NCBI GenBank assembly: GCA_051885115.1
Contig: JBJEWP010000024.1
Coordinates: 12,002-76,001, forward strand
Length of the DNA stretch: 64,000 nucleotides
Source: Stenotrophomonas sp.
GTDB taxonomy: Bacteria > Pseudomonadota > Gammaproteobacteria > Xanthomonadales > Xanthomonadaceae
Direction of reading: 5' to 3'
The notes beneath the pieces are model-generated. The model was not told the DNA's origin. It saw only the letters and a list, made by a program, of their open reading frames with translations, and did not search any database. The position numbers were made by a program, and so were the translations under genes. This document shows positions 30,277 to 42,899 of the stretch, piece by piece; the stretch's first letter is position 1; each line of letters starts with the position of its first letter.

Positions 30277-30328
30277 GGACACGGCAGCCGGAGAGTAGAA
30301 TGGACGGCCATTTTATTAGGAAAGCCGT

Positions 30329-30559
30329 GTGGACGCTGAAACCATCGCCAATCTGATCCGGACCGGCCTGCCTGATGCCCATGTGGATGTTCAAGGCGAT
30401 GACGGTGTCCATTTCGAAGCCACGGTGGTCAGCGCGGCATTTGCCGGCAAGATGCCGCTGGCCCGCCACCGCATGGTGTATGCCACCCTCGGCGAGCTGA
30501 TGGGCCGTGAGATCCACGCCCTGGCCCTGACCACCCTGACCCCGGACCAGGCGCGCTGA
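30329..30559 (+). CDS. BolA/IbaG family protein
   Basis: DGVHF, RHRMVY, EIHAL; upstream of murA. Confidence 0.92.
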   Translation: MDAETIANLIRTGLPDAHVDVQGDDGVHFEATVVSAAFAGKMPLARHRMVYATLGELMGREIHALALTTLTPDQAR

Positions 30560-31866
<1,307 letters not shown>

Positions 31867-31867
<1 letters not shown>

Positions 31868-32169
31868 TGCTGCGCCGCGCTCCGTTCACCCCCCGCCGAC
31901 GGGCCCTGTTGGCCCTGGTGCTGCTGGTGCTGGCCTGGCTGGGCTGGTCGTGGTGGGCCGGGATGGCCATCACCGCCGGGCTGGAGCGGGCGCAGATGGA
32001 CTGGAACGGCGACGGTGTCACCACTGGGCAGGAGCTATGGCAGGCGGTGCACGCGGTGCGCGTGGTCAAGACGGTCGATGGCAACCGCCACTGCCAGCAG
32101 TTCAGCTGGACCGCCGACGATGCGGTGATCCGGGTCGATTGCCGCACCCAGCTGCAGCCGGCCCCGTAA
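31867..32169 (+). CDS. Membrane-anchored EF-hand-containing protein
   Basis: TM helix, then 12-residue loop [12 protein letters not shown]; TGATG overlap with murA. Confidence 0.7.
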
Positions 32170-32199
32170 CCCCGGTTTGCTGCCCTCCCGCCGGAAATG

Positions 32200-32227
32200 A
32201 AAAGCCCCCTCGACGAGGGGGCTTTTT
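32200..32227. terminator. Bidirectional terminator
   Basis: AAAAGCCCCCTC-GAC-GAGGGGGCTTTT. Confidence 0.9.
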
Positions 32228-32247
32228 GTTGCGGCCGGCAGGCCTGG

Positions 32248-32931
32248 TCAATGCACCGACTTGATGGTCAGGTCCAGCTCGTCGCGGCCGCCCTTGCGCT
32301 GCAGCAGGCGCAGCGGCACCGGATAGTCGGGTGAAATCCAGGCAATCATTTCCTTGTCGCCGTCCACCCGCGACACCCGGGTGACCTCGACGCCGCGGCC
32401 ATCCAGCTGCAGGGTCTCCTTGCCGCCGACGGTGTAGCGCATCTGCTTGATCCGACCTTCGTCGACCATGCGGTAATTCAACGGCCGGCCGGCGGCCAGG
32501 TCGCGGGCGATGGCCAGATTGATCAGCAGTGCATCCATGTCGCCTTCGCGCAGTGCGACGGGGCCGCGGCGGTCGGCACGCAGGTCGCCACGCCAGGTGG
32601 CCTGGCGGTCGGCCCAGTCATAGCTGGCCTGGATGTTGCGGCGCTTGATCAGCAGGTTGGCGCTGTCCTCGCTGCTGAGCGGGCGCAGGTTGCCGTTGTG
32701 CTCGTCAAATACCGTGCTCTGGCGCAGGTCGGCCATCTGGTTGCGCACGTGCAGGCTGTAACGCCAGCGGTTGCCTTCCTGACGTTCCAGCTGCATCACG
32801 CCATCGGCCTGCAGGCCCATGTAGTTGGCCCGGTAGTCGGCCTTGAACGGGGCAACGGCCAGCGCCGGCAGGCTGGCAGCGGCCAGTACCAGGGCCACAA
32901 GGGGGCGGGTGAAGCGGCCAACGATGCTCAT
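32248..32931 (-). CDS. DUF3108 family exported protein (copy 2)
   Basis: Signal peptide, [24 protein letters not shown]. Confidence 0.75.
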   Translation of the reverse strand: MSIVGRFTRPLVALVLAAASLPALAVAPFKADYRANYMGLQADGVMQLERQEGNRWRYSLHVRNQMADLRQSTVFDEHNGNLRPLSSEDSANLLIKRRNIQASYDWADRQATWRGDLRADRRGPVALREGDMDALLINLAIARDLAAGRPLNYRMVDEGRIKQMRYTVGGKETLQLDGRGVEVTRVSRVDGDKEMIAWISPDYPVPLRLLQRKGGRDELDLTIKSVH

Positions 32932-33719
32932 TGTTGTTCTCCTTGGTATTGGATCAATTGCAGGTCGATGGTGTCCTGGCCGTCCTCGCGCTGGGAAATG
33001 CGGATCGGGGTGGGCACACCACTGGCCAGCCACAGCGTCATCGCATCGCCCGGACTGCTGTTGCTGCGTTGCACGCGCAGGGCGTCGTAACTGAGTTCAC
33101 TGACTTCGGTGATCGCGGTGGCTGCATCGGCCTGGTACTGGTGCAGGCGTATCCGGCCGACGTCGGCAAAGCGGTACTGCATCTTCGCCCCGGGGCGGGC
33201 GTCGCGCATGATTGCCAGGTTGATCAGCAGGGCGCTGAGGTCGCCGGGCTGCAGGGCCACCGGCGCGCGACGCCTGCGTTCGATATCGCCCTGCCACTGG
33301 GCCGTGCCGGCCGACCAGTCATAGCGGCCATGTACCTTCTTGCCCAGGAACAGGCCGCGGCGCTCGGTCAGCTGGGACAGCGGCCGGAACTGGCCGCCGA
33401 GTTCTTCGAATTCGGTGGTCTGCAGCAGGTTCAGGCCGAGCACTCCGGCAAAGCCGCGCTTGCCGCGCACTTCCAGGCTGACCTGCCAGCGGTTGCCGCT
33501 GGTGTGGGTCAGGGCCAGGGTGGCATCGCCGGCCAGTTTGCCCTTGTAGAAGGCCTGATAGGTGCCCACGAACGGAGCCAGCTGGCTGATTGGCTGCCAC
33601 TGGCTGGCCGGGTCCAGCGGGTTGGTGGTGGCGGCAGGCACATCGGTGCCGGCTGCGGCCGTCAGGGGGCACAGGGCAAGGCTCAGGCAGGCAGTCAGCA
33701 GCAGTCGGGTCAGGGTCAT
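32928..33719 (-). CDS. DUF3108 family exported protein (copy 1)
   Basis: Signal peptide, [25 protein letters not shown]; paralog of the next gene. Confidence 0.75.
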   Translation of the reverse strand: MTLTRLLLTACLSLALCPLTAAAGTDVPAATTNPLDPASQWQPISQLAPFVGTYQAFYKGKLAGDATLALTHTSGNRWQVSLEVRGKRGFAGVLGLNLLQTTEFEELGGQFRPLSQLTERRGLFLGKKVHGRYDWSAGTAQWQGDIERRRRAPVALQPGDLSALLINLAIMRDARPGAKMQYRFADVGRIRLHQYQADAATAITEVSELSYDALRVQRSNSSPGDAMTLWLASGVPTPIRISQREDGQDTIDLQLIQYQGEQQ

Positions 33720-33753
33720 GGGCCAGCAATCAAGGACGGGTGCCGGCGCTCGC

Positions 33754-34407
33754 TCACACGTGTAGCCGACCGGCGGAATCTAGGGTGAGAGGGTTAAACA
33801 GGGTGTGACCGTCGAGTACGGGCTTGCCCTCGTGTTCAGCCAGGCGGCCGCTGCACAGCAGCCGCAGGCTGTCCACCAGCAGCGGGTGTTCCACCGCCAG
33901 CACGCGCTGCGCCAGTTGCTCGGCGTCATCGCCCGGCAGCACCGGCACCCGGGCCTGGGCCAGCACCGCCCCGGCATCCAGCTCGGTGGTGACCAGGTGG
34001 ATGCTGGCTCCGTGCTCGCTGTCGCCGGCATCGATGGCCTGCTGGTGGGTGTGCAGGCCTTTGTGGCGGGGCAGTAGCGATGGATGGATGTTGATCATCC
34101 GCCCGGCGAAACGGTTGACGATGTCCGCACCAAGGATGCGCATGTAGCCGGCACACAGGATCCAGTCCGGGTTGTGCCTGGCGATTGCATCACCAAGGGC
34201 CAGCTCGTAGGCATCGCGGCTGCTGAAATCACGCGGGCGTGCTGCCCAGCGCAGCGGTTGCGGCACCCGCTGCAGGGCAGCGGCGTCGGGCTTGTCGGAA
34301 AACACCCCGACCACCTGCGCATCCAGCCGGCCAGCGGCAATGGCATCAAGCACGGCCTGCAGGTTGGAGCCCCGCCCGGAGGCCAGTACGGCAATTGATG
34401 TGCTCAT
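33754..34407 (-). CDS. purN: Phosphoribosylglycinamide formyltransferase
   Basis: LASGRGSNL, AGYMRIL, NIHPSLLP, HLVT.ELDAG. Confidence 0.97.
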   Translation of the reverse strand: MSTSIAVLASGRGSNLQAVLDAIAAGRLDAQVVGVFSDKPDAAALQRVPQPLRWAARPRDFSSRDAYELALGDAIARHNPDWILCAGYMRILGADIVNRFAGRMINIHPSLLPRHKGLHTHQQAIDAGDSEHGASIHLVTTELDAGAVLAQARVPVLPGDDAEQLAQRVLAVEHPLLVDSLRLLCSGRLAEHEGKPVLDGHTLFNPLTLDSAGRLHV

Positions 34408-34411
34408 GGAA

Positions 34412-34840
34412 TCAGGAAACGAAGGCGTCCTTCACGCCCGGGCGCATCAGCACCACGATGGAGAAAACACCCAGCACGGTACCCAGCGGCATCATCAGGC
34501 AGGCCAGCCCGGCCACCACCACACAGGCGGTGTGACGCTGGCGGCGGGCCAGATTGCGCCCGCTCCAGGCCAGGGCGGCGGCCAGCGCCAGTCCCAGACC
34601 GATCATCACCGCGGCAACCAGCATGAACAGCAGGCCGAACAGGCGGTCGGCCGGCTGCCCCTGGTCAAGCTGGCCGGTGAGCATGGCCAGGCCGATCACC
34701 AGGTGGATCACCGGGAACAGCGCAAACAGGGTGGTGATTCCGGCCAGTACGTAGTGGCCGATGGCCAGCAGCGACAACTGCTCCAGCCCCGGCGGGGCCG
34801 GGGGGTGGGGCAGGGCAGGCGCTGGCAGCGGCTCAGCCAA
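34412..34840 (-). CDS. Hypothetical membrane protein (3-4 TM)
   Basis: Hydrophobic ORF exactly filling the purM-purN gap; [18 protein letters not shown]-terminus. Confidence 0.7.
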   Translation of the reverse strand: MAEPLPAPALPHPPAPPGLEQLSLLAIGHYVLAGITTLFALFPVIHLVIGLAMLTGQLDQGQPADRLFGLLFMLVAAVMIGLGLALAAALAWSGRNLARRQRHTACVVVAGLACLMMPLGTVLGVFSIVVLMRPGVKDAFVS

Positions 34841-35891
34841 TGTGCACGCGCTCGCTGTTGCCGGCGTGGGCGACCACGCGGCCGATCTGGCGCTGTTCCA
34901 GGCCCAGCCCGGCCACGGCCGAAGCCACGGCGGCAGCGCGCGCGGCCGGAACGATCAGCACAAAGCCGATGCCGCAGTTGAAGGTGCGCCACATCTCGGC
35001 ATCGGCCACGTTGCCAGCCTGCTGCAGCCAGGCAAACACCGGCGGCAGGGTCAGGGCGGCCGCGTCGATGTCCAGGCCCAGGCCGTCGGGCACCACGCGG
35101 ATGATGTTTTCGGTCAGACCGCCACCGGTGATGTGGGCCATGCCGTGGATGTCGGCGCGGTTGCTGCCCAGCAGGGACAGCACCGGCTTGACGTACAACC
35201 GGGTCGGCGCCATCAGCGCATCGACCAGGTCGCTGCCGTCGGCCAGTACCACGTCGGTCGGCGAGCCGGCACGTTCGTAGATCTTGCGCACCAGCGAGTA
35301 GCCGTTGGAGTGCGGGCCGGAAGAAGCAATACCGATCAGCACGTCGCCCTCGGCCACACCGGCGCCGTCGAGCAGCTGGTCCTTCTCCACCGCGGCAACG
35401 GTGAAGCCGGCCAGGTCATACTCACCCGGGGCGTACATGTCCGGCATTTCGGCCGTTTCGCCGCCGATCAGGGCACAGCCGGCCTGCACACAGCCTTCGG
35501 CAATGCCGCCGACCACCGCCGCAGCGGTGTCGATGTCCAGCTTGCCGGTGGCGAAGTAATCCAGGAAGAACAGCGGCTCGGCACCCTGCACCAGAACGTC
35601 GTTGACGCACATGGCCACCAGGTCGATGCCGATGGTGTCGTGGCGGCCCAGTTGCTGGGCCAGCTTGAGCTTGGTGCCCACGCCATCGGTGCCGGACACC
35701 AGCACCGGCTCACGGTACTTGCCGGCCAGGTTGAACAAGGCGCCAAATCCGCCCAGGCCGCCCATCACTTCCGGACGGAAGCTGCGCTTGACCAAGGGTT
35801 TGATGCGCTCCACCAGCGCGTTGCCAGCGTCGATATCGACACCGGCATCACGGTAGGTCAGGGGAGAGTTGCTCGAAGTCGGACTGGTCAC
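34833..35891 (-). CDS. purM: Phosphoribosylformylglycinamidine cyclo-ligase
   Basis: [48 protein letters not shown]; GTG start inferred. Confidence 0.97.
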   Translation of the reverse strand: MTSPTSSNSPLTYRDAGVDIDAGNALVERIKPLVKRSFRPEVMGGLGGFGALFNLAGKYREPVLVSGTDGVGTKLKLAQQLGRHDTIGIDLVAMCVNDVLVQGAEPLFFLDYFATGKLDIDTAAAVVGGIAEGCVQAGCALIGGETAEMPDMYAPGEYDLAGFTVAAVEKDQLLDGAGVAEGDVLIGIASSGPHSNGYSLVRKIYERAGSPTDVVLADGSDLVDALMAPTRLYVKPVLSLLGSNRADIHGMAHITGGGLTENIIRVVPDGLGLDIDAAALTLPPVFAWLQQAGNVADAEMWRTFNCGIGFVLIVPAARAAAVASAVAGLGLEQRQIGRVVAHAGNSERVHIG

Positions 35892-36003
35892 GGCGGCCAC
35901 ACGGTCAGAGAACAATCCGGTAATTTTAGCAGGCTTCGATTGGCGAGCTGGCCGCCTTCAGGCCACAATTACCCCCTACCGGCCCAAGAATGAAGCGGAA
36001 TTG

Positions 36004-37131
36004 ATGATGCGTCCTATCCTGGCGTTCGTGTTGACAGCAGTACTGAGCCTTTCCAGCGCGCCGCTGCTGGCCCAGTCGGGCATGCGTACCGAAGGCGATG
36101 TGGCTGCCGCCCAGGGGGTTTACGAGGCCGAGGTGCCAGTCAACAGCCAGACCGATGCCGATCGCACCGGTGCCCTGGCGCGCGCGCTGGGCCAGGTGCT
36201 GGCCAAGATGTCCGGTGACCGCCAGGTGACTTCCCGCCCGGGCGTTGCACAGATGCTGCGTGATGCCGGGCAGTACGTGCGTTCGTACGACTACCGCCAG
36301 GACCGTGGCACCTCGGCCAGTGGTGCGCCGAGCTACCGGATGATGCTGGTGGCGCGTTTTGATGGTGAAAAGGTCGAGGGTCTGGCGTCCGCCCTGGGCC
36401 TGCCGGTCTGGGCCCAGCCGCGGCCCAAGCCGGTGCTCTGGCTGGCCATCGACGACGGCAGCGGCCCGCGGCTGGTCAGCGTGCAGCAGTCCAATGCGGC
36501 ACGCCCGGTGCTGGACAAGGCGATCGAGCGGGGGTACCGGCTTGGCCTGCCGACCGGTGGTGCCGCCGAACAGGCCCTGGTCGGTGCGATCTGGCGTCTG
36601 GATACCGCCGCAGTGGCCCGTGCTTCGGCCCGCTATGCGCCGCCGATGCAGTTGATCGGCAAGCTCTACCGCGGCAGTGGTGGTGGCTGGGTGGCCGATT
36701 GGGTGTTCGTGGACAACGGCCGTGAACTCAACCGCTGGAGCAGCCGTGAGAACGATGCCCGGCGGGCCATGGCCGGCGGGGCCGACGGCGCAGCCGATGC
36801 CTTGGTGCGGCGCTATGCCAAGGCCCTGCCCAGCGGTGCGCCCGGGGTGCACCGGGTGATCGTGCACGGGGTCAACTCGGCCGATGACTGGTTGCGGGTG
36901 TCGGCCAGCCTGCAGGGCCACCCGATGCTCAAGGCGATCCGCCCGGTACGGGCCAGCACCGACCGTATCGAGCTGGACCTGGACCTGGCCACCGGTCTGG
37001 CCGGCTTCAACCGTCTGCTGGGGGCTGATTCAGCGCTGCAGCCGTTGTCTGCCAGCCCGGCCGGTATGGTCGACAACCCTGCCCTGCCGGCTGCGCCGCC
37101 CAGTGGCCCTGCGGAGTACCGGGTGAAATGA
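36004..37131 (+). CDS. DUF2066 family exported protein
   Basis: Signal peptide; ALGQVLAKMSG, PKPVLWLAI; conserved position divergent from purM. Confidence 0.8.
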   Translation: MMRPILAFVLTAVLSLSSAPLLAQSGMRTEGDVAAAQGVYEAEVPVNSQTDADRTGALARALGQVLAKMSGDRQVTSRPGVAQMLRDAGQYVRSYDYRQDRGTSASGAPSYRMMLVARFDGEKVEGLASALGLPVWAQPRPKPVLWLAIDDGSGPRLVSVQQSNAARPVLDKAIERGYRLGLPTGGAAEQALVGAIWRLDTAAVARASARYAPPMQLIGKLYRGSGGGWVADWVFVDNGRELNRWSSRENDARRAMAGGADGAADALVRRYAKALPSGAPGVHRVIVHGVNSADDWLRVSASLQGHPMLKAIRPVRASTDRIELDLDLATGLAGFNRLLGADSALQPLSASPAGMVDNPALPAAPPSGPAEYRVK

Positions 37132-38306
37132 ACCAATCGGCCCCGCTGGAAGAAATTGCCCGTTTCCTGCGCCACATCAAGCGCGGTGTGGTGACCTTGG
37201 CCCTGGTGTGGGTCATCTGGCTGCTGGCCCCGATCCTGACCCCGTTCGTGGCCTCGCTGATGCTGGCCTGGCTGGGTGACCCGCTGGTGGACCGGCTGGA
37301 GGCGGCGGGGCGCTCGCGCAACACCGCGGTGCTGCTGGTGTTCGTGTTGATGACCGCGCTGGTGGTGGCGGCGGTCCTGATCCTGTTGCCGATGCTGCAG
37401 AGCCAGGTGCAGACCCTGGTCGCGGCCCTGCCGCAGATGCAGGTGTGGCTGCTGGATACCGCGATACCGGCAGTGGAGCGTCGTTTCGGCTTTACCCTGG
37501 CCGAGTGGATGGACCCGGAACGGCTGATCGACTGGGCGCGCAGCCATTGGCAGGCCGCCGGTGGTGCGGCGGCCACGGTGTTCGGCTATCTGGGCCGTTC
37601 CAGCTTCGCGGTGATCACCTTCGTGGTGAACCTGTTGCTGACCCCGATCGTGACCTATTACTTCCTGCGTGACTGGGACCGCATGGTCGAGCGCGTGGCC
37701 GCGTTGATCCCGCGTGACCACATCGCCACGGTGAGCAAGCTGGCACGTGAATCCAACGAGGTGCTGGGCGCCTTCGTGCGTGGCCAGTTCGTGGTGATGC
37801 TGGCGCTGGGCGCGATCTACGCCTCCGGCATGGCCTTGGTCGGGCTGAACCTGGGCCTGTTGATCGGCATGGTTGCCGGGCTGATCAGCTTCATCCCCTA
37901 TCTGGGCGCCACCACCGGGGTGATCCTGGCGGTACTGGCCGCGCTGGTCCAGGCCCAGGGCGTGGACCTGCAGTTGCTGGTCGGTGTGGCGGTGGTGTTC
38001 ACCGTTGGCCAGTTGCTGGAAAGCTATGTGCTGACCCCGCGCATCGTCGGCGACAAGATCGGCCTGCACCCGGTGGCAGTGATCTTTGCGGTGATGGCCG
38101 GCGGCCAGCTGTTCGGTTTTCTGGGCATGCTGCTGGCACTGCCGGTGGCGGCGGTGGCCAACGTGCTGCTGCGTTATGCCCAGGAGCGCTACCGCAGCAG
38201 TGAGTGGTACACCGGCCAGCGCACGGTGATCATGCCGCCGGGCGTGGTGGACCAGGTTGACCAGCTGCAGGTGAGCGCCGCCAGCGGAGAGTCGACATCG
38301 CCGTGA
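37128..38306 (+). CDS. AI-2E family transporter (PerM-like)
   Basis: FIPYLG, QLLESYVLTPRIVG, GLHPV, GMLLALP. Confidence 0.9.
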   Translation: MNQSAPLEEIARFLRHIKRGVVTLALVWVIWLLAPILTPFVASLMLAWLGDPLVDRLEAAGRSRNTAVLLVFVLMTALVVAAVLILLPMLQSQVQTLVAALPQMQVWLLDTAIPAVERRFGFTLAEWMDPERLIDWARSHWQAAGGAAATVFGYLGRSSFAVITFVVNLLLTPIVTYYFLRDWDRMVERVAALIPRDHIATVSKLARESNEVLGAFVRGQFVVMLALGAIYASGMALVGLNLGLLIGMVAGLISFIPYLGATTGVILAVLAALVQAQGVDLQLLVGVAVVFTVGQLLESYVLTPRIVGDKIGLHPVAVIFAVMAGGQLFGFLGMLLALPVAAVANVLLRYAQERYRSSEWYTGQRTVIMPPGVVDQVDQLQVSAASGESTSP

Positions 38307-39007
38307 TTACCCCGCAATTGACCCTGGGCCTGCGTTATCCGGCAGACCAACGTCTGGAAACCTACCTGGGAGCACCGCCGGCGGCGTTGGCCCAGCTGCG
38401 TGCGCTGGCGGTCGGGGCGGTAGCGGATTGGCTGTATGTCAGTGGTGCGGCCGGTACCGGCAAAACCCACCTGGCACTGGCCGTCTGTGCGGCTGCCGAG
38501 CAGGCCGGGCGGCGTGCGATCTACCTGCCGCTGGAAGCGGCACGCGGGCGGGTCGCCGATGCGGTGGAAGGCTTGGAACAGCATGATGTGATCGCGCTGG
38601 ATGGCCTGGAAGACATCGCAGGCCATCGTGGTGACGAGATTGCCCTGTTTGATTTCCACAACCGGGTACGGGCTGCGGGGCAGGCCTTGCTGTATACCGG
38701 CCAGGCGCTGCCCGAAGGCCTGGGCCTGGTGCTGCCGGACCTGCGCTCGCGGCTGGGCCAGTGTGGCCGGATCAGCCTGCATCCCTTGAGCGAGGCCGGT
38801 CGTGCCGAAGTACTCAAGGCACGCGCCAAGCGCCGCGGGCTGGTGCTCGAGGACAGTGCACTGGAATGGCTGCTGACCCGCACCGGGCGCGACCTGGGCT
38901 CGCTGGTCAGTGTGCTGGACCGGCTGGACCGTGAATCCCTGGCCGCCAAGCGCCGGCTGACCGTGCCCTTCCTGCGCAACGTGCTGGGCGAGGGCGAGCA
39001 CGGCTGA
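38303..39007 (+). CDS. hda: DnaA regulatory inactivator Hda
   Basis: QLTL clamp-binding motif, GTGKTHL, LPDLRSR. Confidence 0.95.
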   Translation: MITPQLTLGLRYPADQRLETYLGAPPAALAQLRALAVGAVADWLYVSGAAGTGKTHLALAVCAAAEQAGRRAIYLPLEAARGRVADAVEGLEQHDVIALDGLEDIAGHRGDEIALFDFHNRVRAAGQALLYTGQALPEGLGLVLPDLRSRLGQCGRISLHPLSEAGRAEVLKARAKRRGLVLEDSALEWLLTRTGRDLGSLVSVLDRLDRESLAAKRRLTVPFLRNVLGEGEHG

Positions 39008-39042
39008 AGCCGTGCCCGCGGCAGGCGTGGCGGTCTGTGGGC

Positions 39043-40751
<1,709 letters not shown>

Positions 40752-40827
40752 GCAAACCCAGGCGGCGCGGATGCCGCAATCACAACAGCGTATCGCCAGC
40801 CGTGCCGGCTGTGCAGGGGGATGCAAC

Positions 40828-40853
40828 GACGGCGGCCCCGTAGGGCCGCCGTC
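40828..40853 (-). terminator. Strong hairpin after the M20 peptidase gene
   Basis: GACGGCGGCCC-CGTA-GGGCCGCCGTC; weak U tail. Confidence 0.5.
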
Positions 40854-40880
40854 ATGCAACAGGCAGGGCCGGTTGCCGGC

Positions 40881-42374
40881 TCAGCAGCAACCGAAATTGC
40901 CGTGGCGGGTACCCGAGTCGGCATGCACGCCGCAGCCGCGGGTTTCACCACGGACACTGGCGGCATGGTGCTGCAGCAACACGTGGGAGACACAGGCGGT
41001 GACCCGCTTGCCCATCGGGATATGCAGGAACTCGTTCGGGCCGTGGGCGTTGGAGTGCGGGCCGAGCACCCCGGTGATCATGAACTGTGCCCCCGGGAAC
41101 TTCTCGCCCAGCATGCCCATGAACGGGATCGAGCCGCCTTCGCCCATGTACATCGCCGGCTTGCCGAAGAAGGCCCGGGAGGCATCATCGATGGCCGTCT
41201 CCAGCCACGGCGACATTGCCGGAGCGTTCCAGCCGGTGGAGGCCTTTTCCAGATCCAGGCTGACGTGGGCGCCGTTGGGCGGGTCACGCAACAGGGCCTG
41301 CTTGAGCAGCTCGCCGCAATCCTTGCCGTTGGCGGTCGGCGGCAGGCGCAGCGACAGCTTGACCGAGGTTTCCGGGCGCAGCACGTTGCCGGCCGACTCC
41401 AGCGGCGGCATGCCGCCGATGCCGGTCACCGACAGCGCCGGACGCCAGGTACGGTTGAGCACCAGTTCGGTCAGCACCTCGTTCATCGGGGTCAGGCCGT
41501 CAACCATCGGGAACTTCTTGAAGATCGCCGTATCGACCACTTCGGCGGCACGCTTGGCCTGTTCCAGGCGCTCGGCCGGGATCTCCACGTGCAGGCCGTC
41601 CAGCAGGATGCGGCCGGTGTTCTCGTCCTCGATGCGCGACAGCAGCTGGCGCAGCAGACGGAACGAGGATGGGACCACGCCGGAGGCATCACCGGAGTGC
41701 ACGCCTTCGTTGAGCACCTTGACGGTGAAGTTGCCGCCGGTCAGGCCGCGCAGCGAGGTGGTGCACCACAGCTGTTCGTAGTTGGCGCAGCCTGAATCCA
41801 GACAGACCACCAGCGACGGCTGGCCGATGCGTGCGGCCAGGTGGTCGACATAGGCCGGCAGGTCGTAGGAGCCGGATTCTTCGCAGGCCTCGATCAGGAT
41901 CACGCAGCGTGCGTGCGGCAGGCCCTGGTCGTGCAGGGCCAGGATCGCGGCCAGCGAGCCGTACATGGCATAGCCGTCATCGGCGCCGCCACGGCCATAG
42001 AGCTTGTCGCCGCGCAGCACCGGGATCCACGGGCCCAGACCCTCGTCCCAGCCGGTCATTTCCGGCTGCTTGTCCAGGTGGCCGTACAGCAGCACGGTGT
42101 CATCGCCGGTTTCCGGGCCGGTCGCCGGAATTTCCAGCAGCAGCAGCGGGGTGCGGCCTTCCAGCTGCACCACTTCCACCTGCAGGCCGGGAATGTTCTG
42201 CGCGCGCGCCCAGGTCTCCATCAGGGTCACGGCCTGGTCCATATAGCCGTTCTCTACCCAGTTGGCGTCGAACATCGGCGACTTGTTGGGAATGGCGATG
42301 TATTCAATCAGCTGCGGGACGATCTCGCTGTCCCACTTTTCGTTGATGAACTGACCGAGCTTGGCGCTGTCCAT
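40881..42374 (-). CDS. M20 family metallopeptidase (dipeptidase-like)
   Basis: YGHLDKQP, GRGGADD, CEESGS, CLDSG, GEGGSIP, AHGPNE. Confidence 0.92.
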   Translation of the reverse strand: MDSAKLGQFINEKWDSEIVPQLIEYIAIPNKSPMFDANWVENGYMDQAVTLMETWARAQNIPGLQVEVVQLEGRTPLLLLEIPATGPETGDDTVLLYGHLDKQPEMTGWDEGLGPWIPVLRGDKLYGRGGADDGYAMYGSLAAILALHDQGLPHARCVILIEACEESGSYDLPAYVDHLAARIGQPSLVVCLDSGCANYEQLWCTTSLRGLTGGNFTVKVLNEGVHSGDASGVVPSSFRLLRQLLSRIEDENTGRILLDGLHVEIPAERLEQAKRAAEVVDTAIFKKFPMVDGLTPMNEVLTELVLNRTWRPALSVTGIGGMPPLESAGNVLRPETSVKLSLRLPPTANGKDCGELLKQALLRDPPNGAHVSLDLEKASTGWNAPAMSPWLETAIDDASRAFFGKPAMYMGEGGSIPFMGMLGEKFPGAQFMITGVLGPHSNAHGPNEFLHIPMGKRVTACVSHVLLQHHAASVRGETRGCGVHADSGTRHGNFGCC

Positions 42375-42430
42375 GGATCGTGCTCCGGGTAACGGTGTAG
42401 ATGATCGGGCCATTGTACGCCTGCCCCCTA

Positions 42431-42444
42431 TAGGAAATTTCCTA
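42431..42444. promoter_or_regulatory. Perfect 14-bp palindrome, candidate NarL/FixJ-family regulator site
   Basis: TAGGAAATTTCCTA in the divergent M20/comEA intergenic region. Confidence 0.6.
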
Positions 42445-42573
42445 CGCCACGCAGGGCGGTCGGCTGGCTTCCTGAACGCGCCGCCGGCGATAGGATGGCA
42501 ACCGGTGTCGCGGGAAGGTGGATCCACCGGCAAGGAGCCGGTCCACCGTCGCAAAGACACAAGGAGTACGACC

Positions 42574-42891
42574 ATGAAATGGATCGCCGTGACCTGGAAG
42601 TCACTGGTATTGAGCATGGTTCTGGCAGGTTGGGCGTCGGCCACGGAAAAGGTCGACATCAACAGCGCCGACGCCGCCACGCTGGATCGCGTGTTGGTCA
42701 ACGTCGGTGCTGCCAAGGCGCAGGCCATCGTGGATTACCGGCAGGCCAATGGCCCCTTCCGTAGCCCAGAGGAACTGGCGCAGGTCCGGGGTATCGGTCT
42801 GCGCACTGTGGAGATCAACCGTGACCTGATCACGGTGGGTGCCGCAGACCAGGCTCCGGCCAGGACGGCCGGGCAGGTGCCACGCCGCTGA
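42574..42891 (+). CDS. comEA: ComEA helix-hairpin-helix DNA uptake protein
   Basis: Signal peptide, VDINSADAATL, VGAAKAQAIVDYRQANGPF, VRGIG; AAGGAG RBS. Confidence 0.93.
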   Translation: MKWIAVTWKSLVLSMVLAGWASATEKVDINSADAATLDRVLVNVGAAKAQAIVDYRQANGPFRSPEELAQVRGIGLRTVEINRDLITVGAADQAPARTAGQVPRR

Positions 42892-42899
42892 GCGTCACA

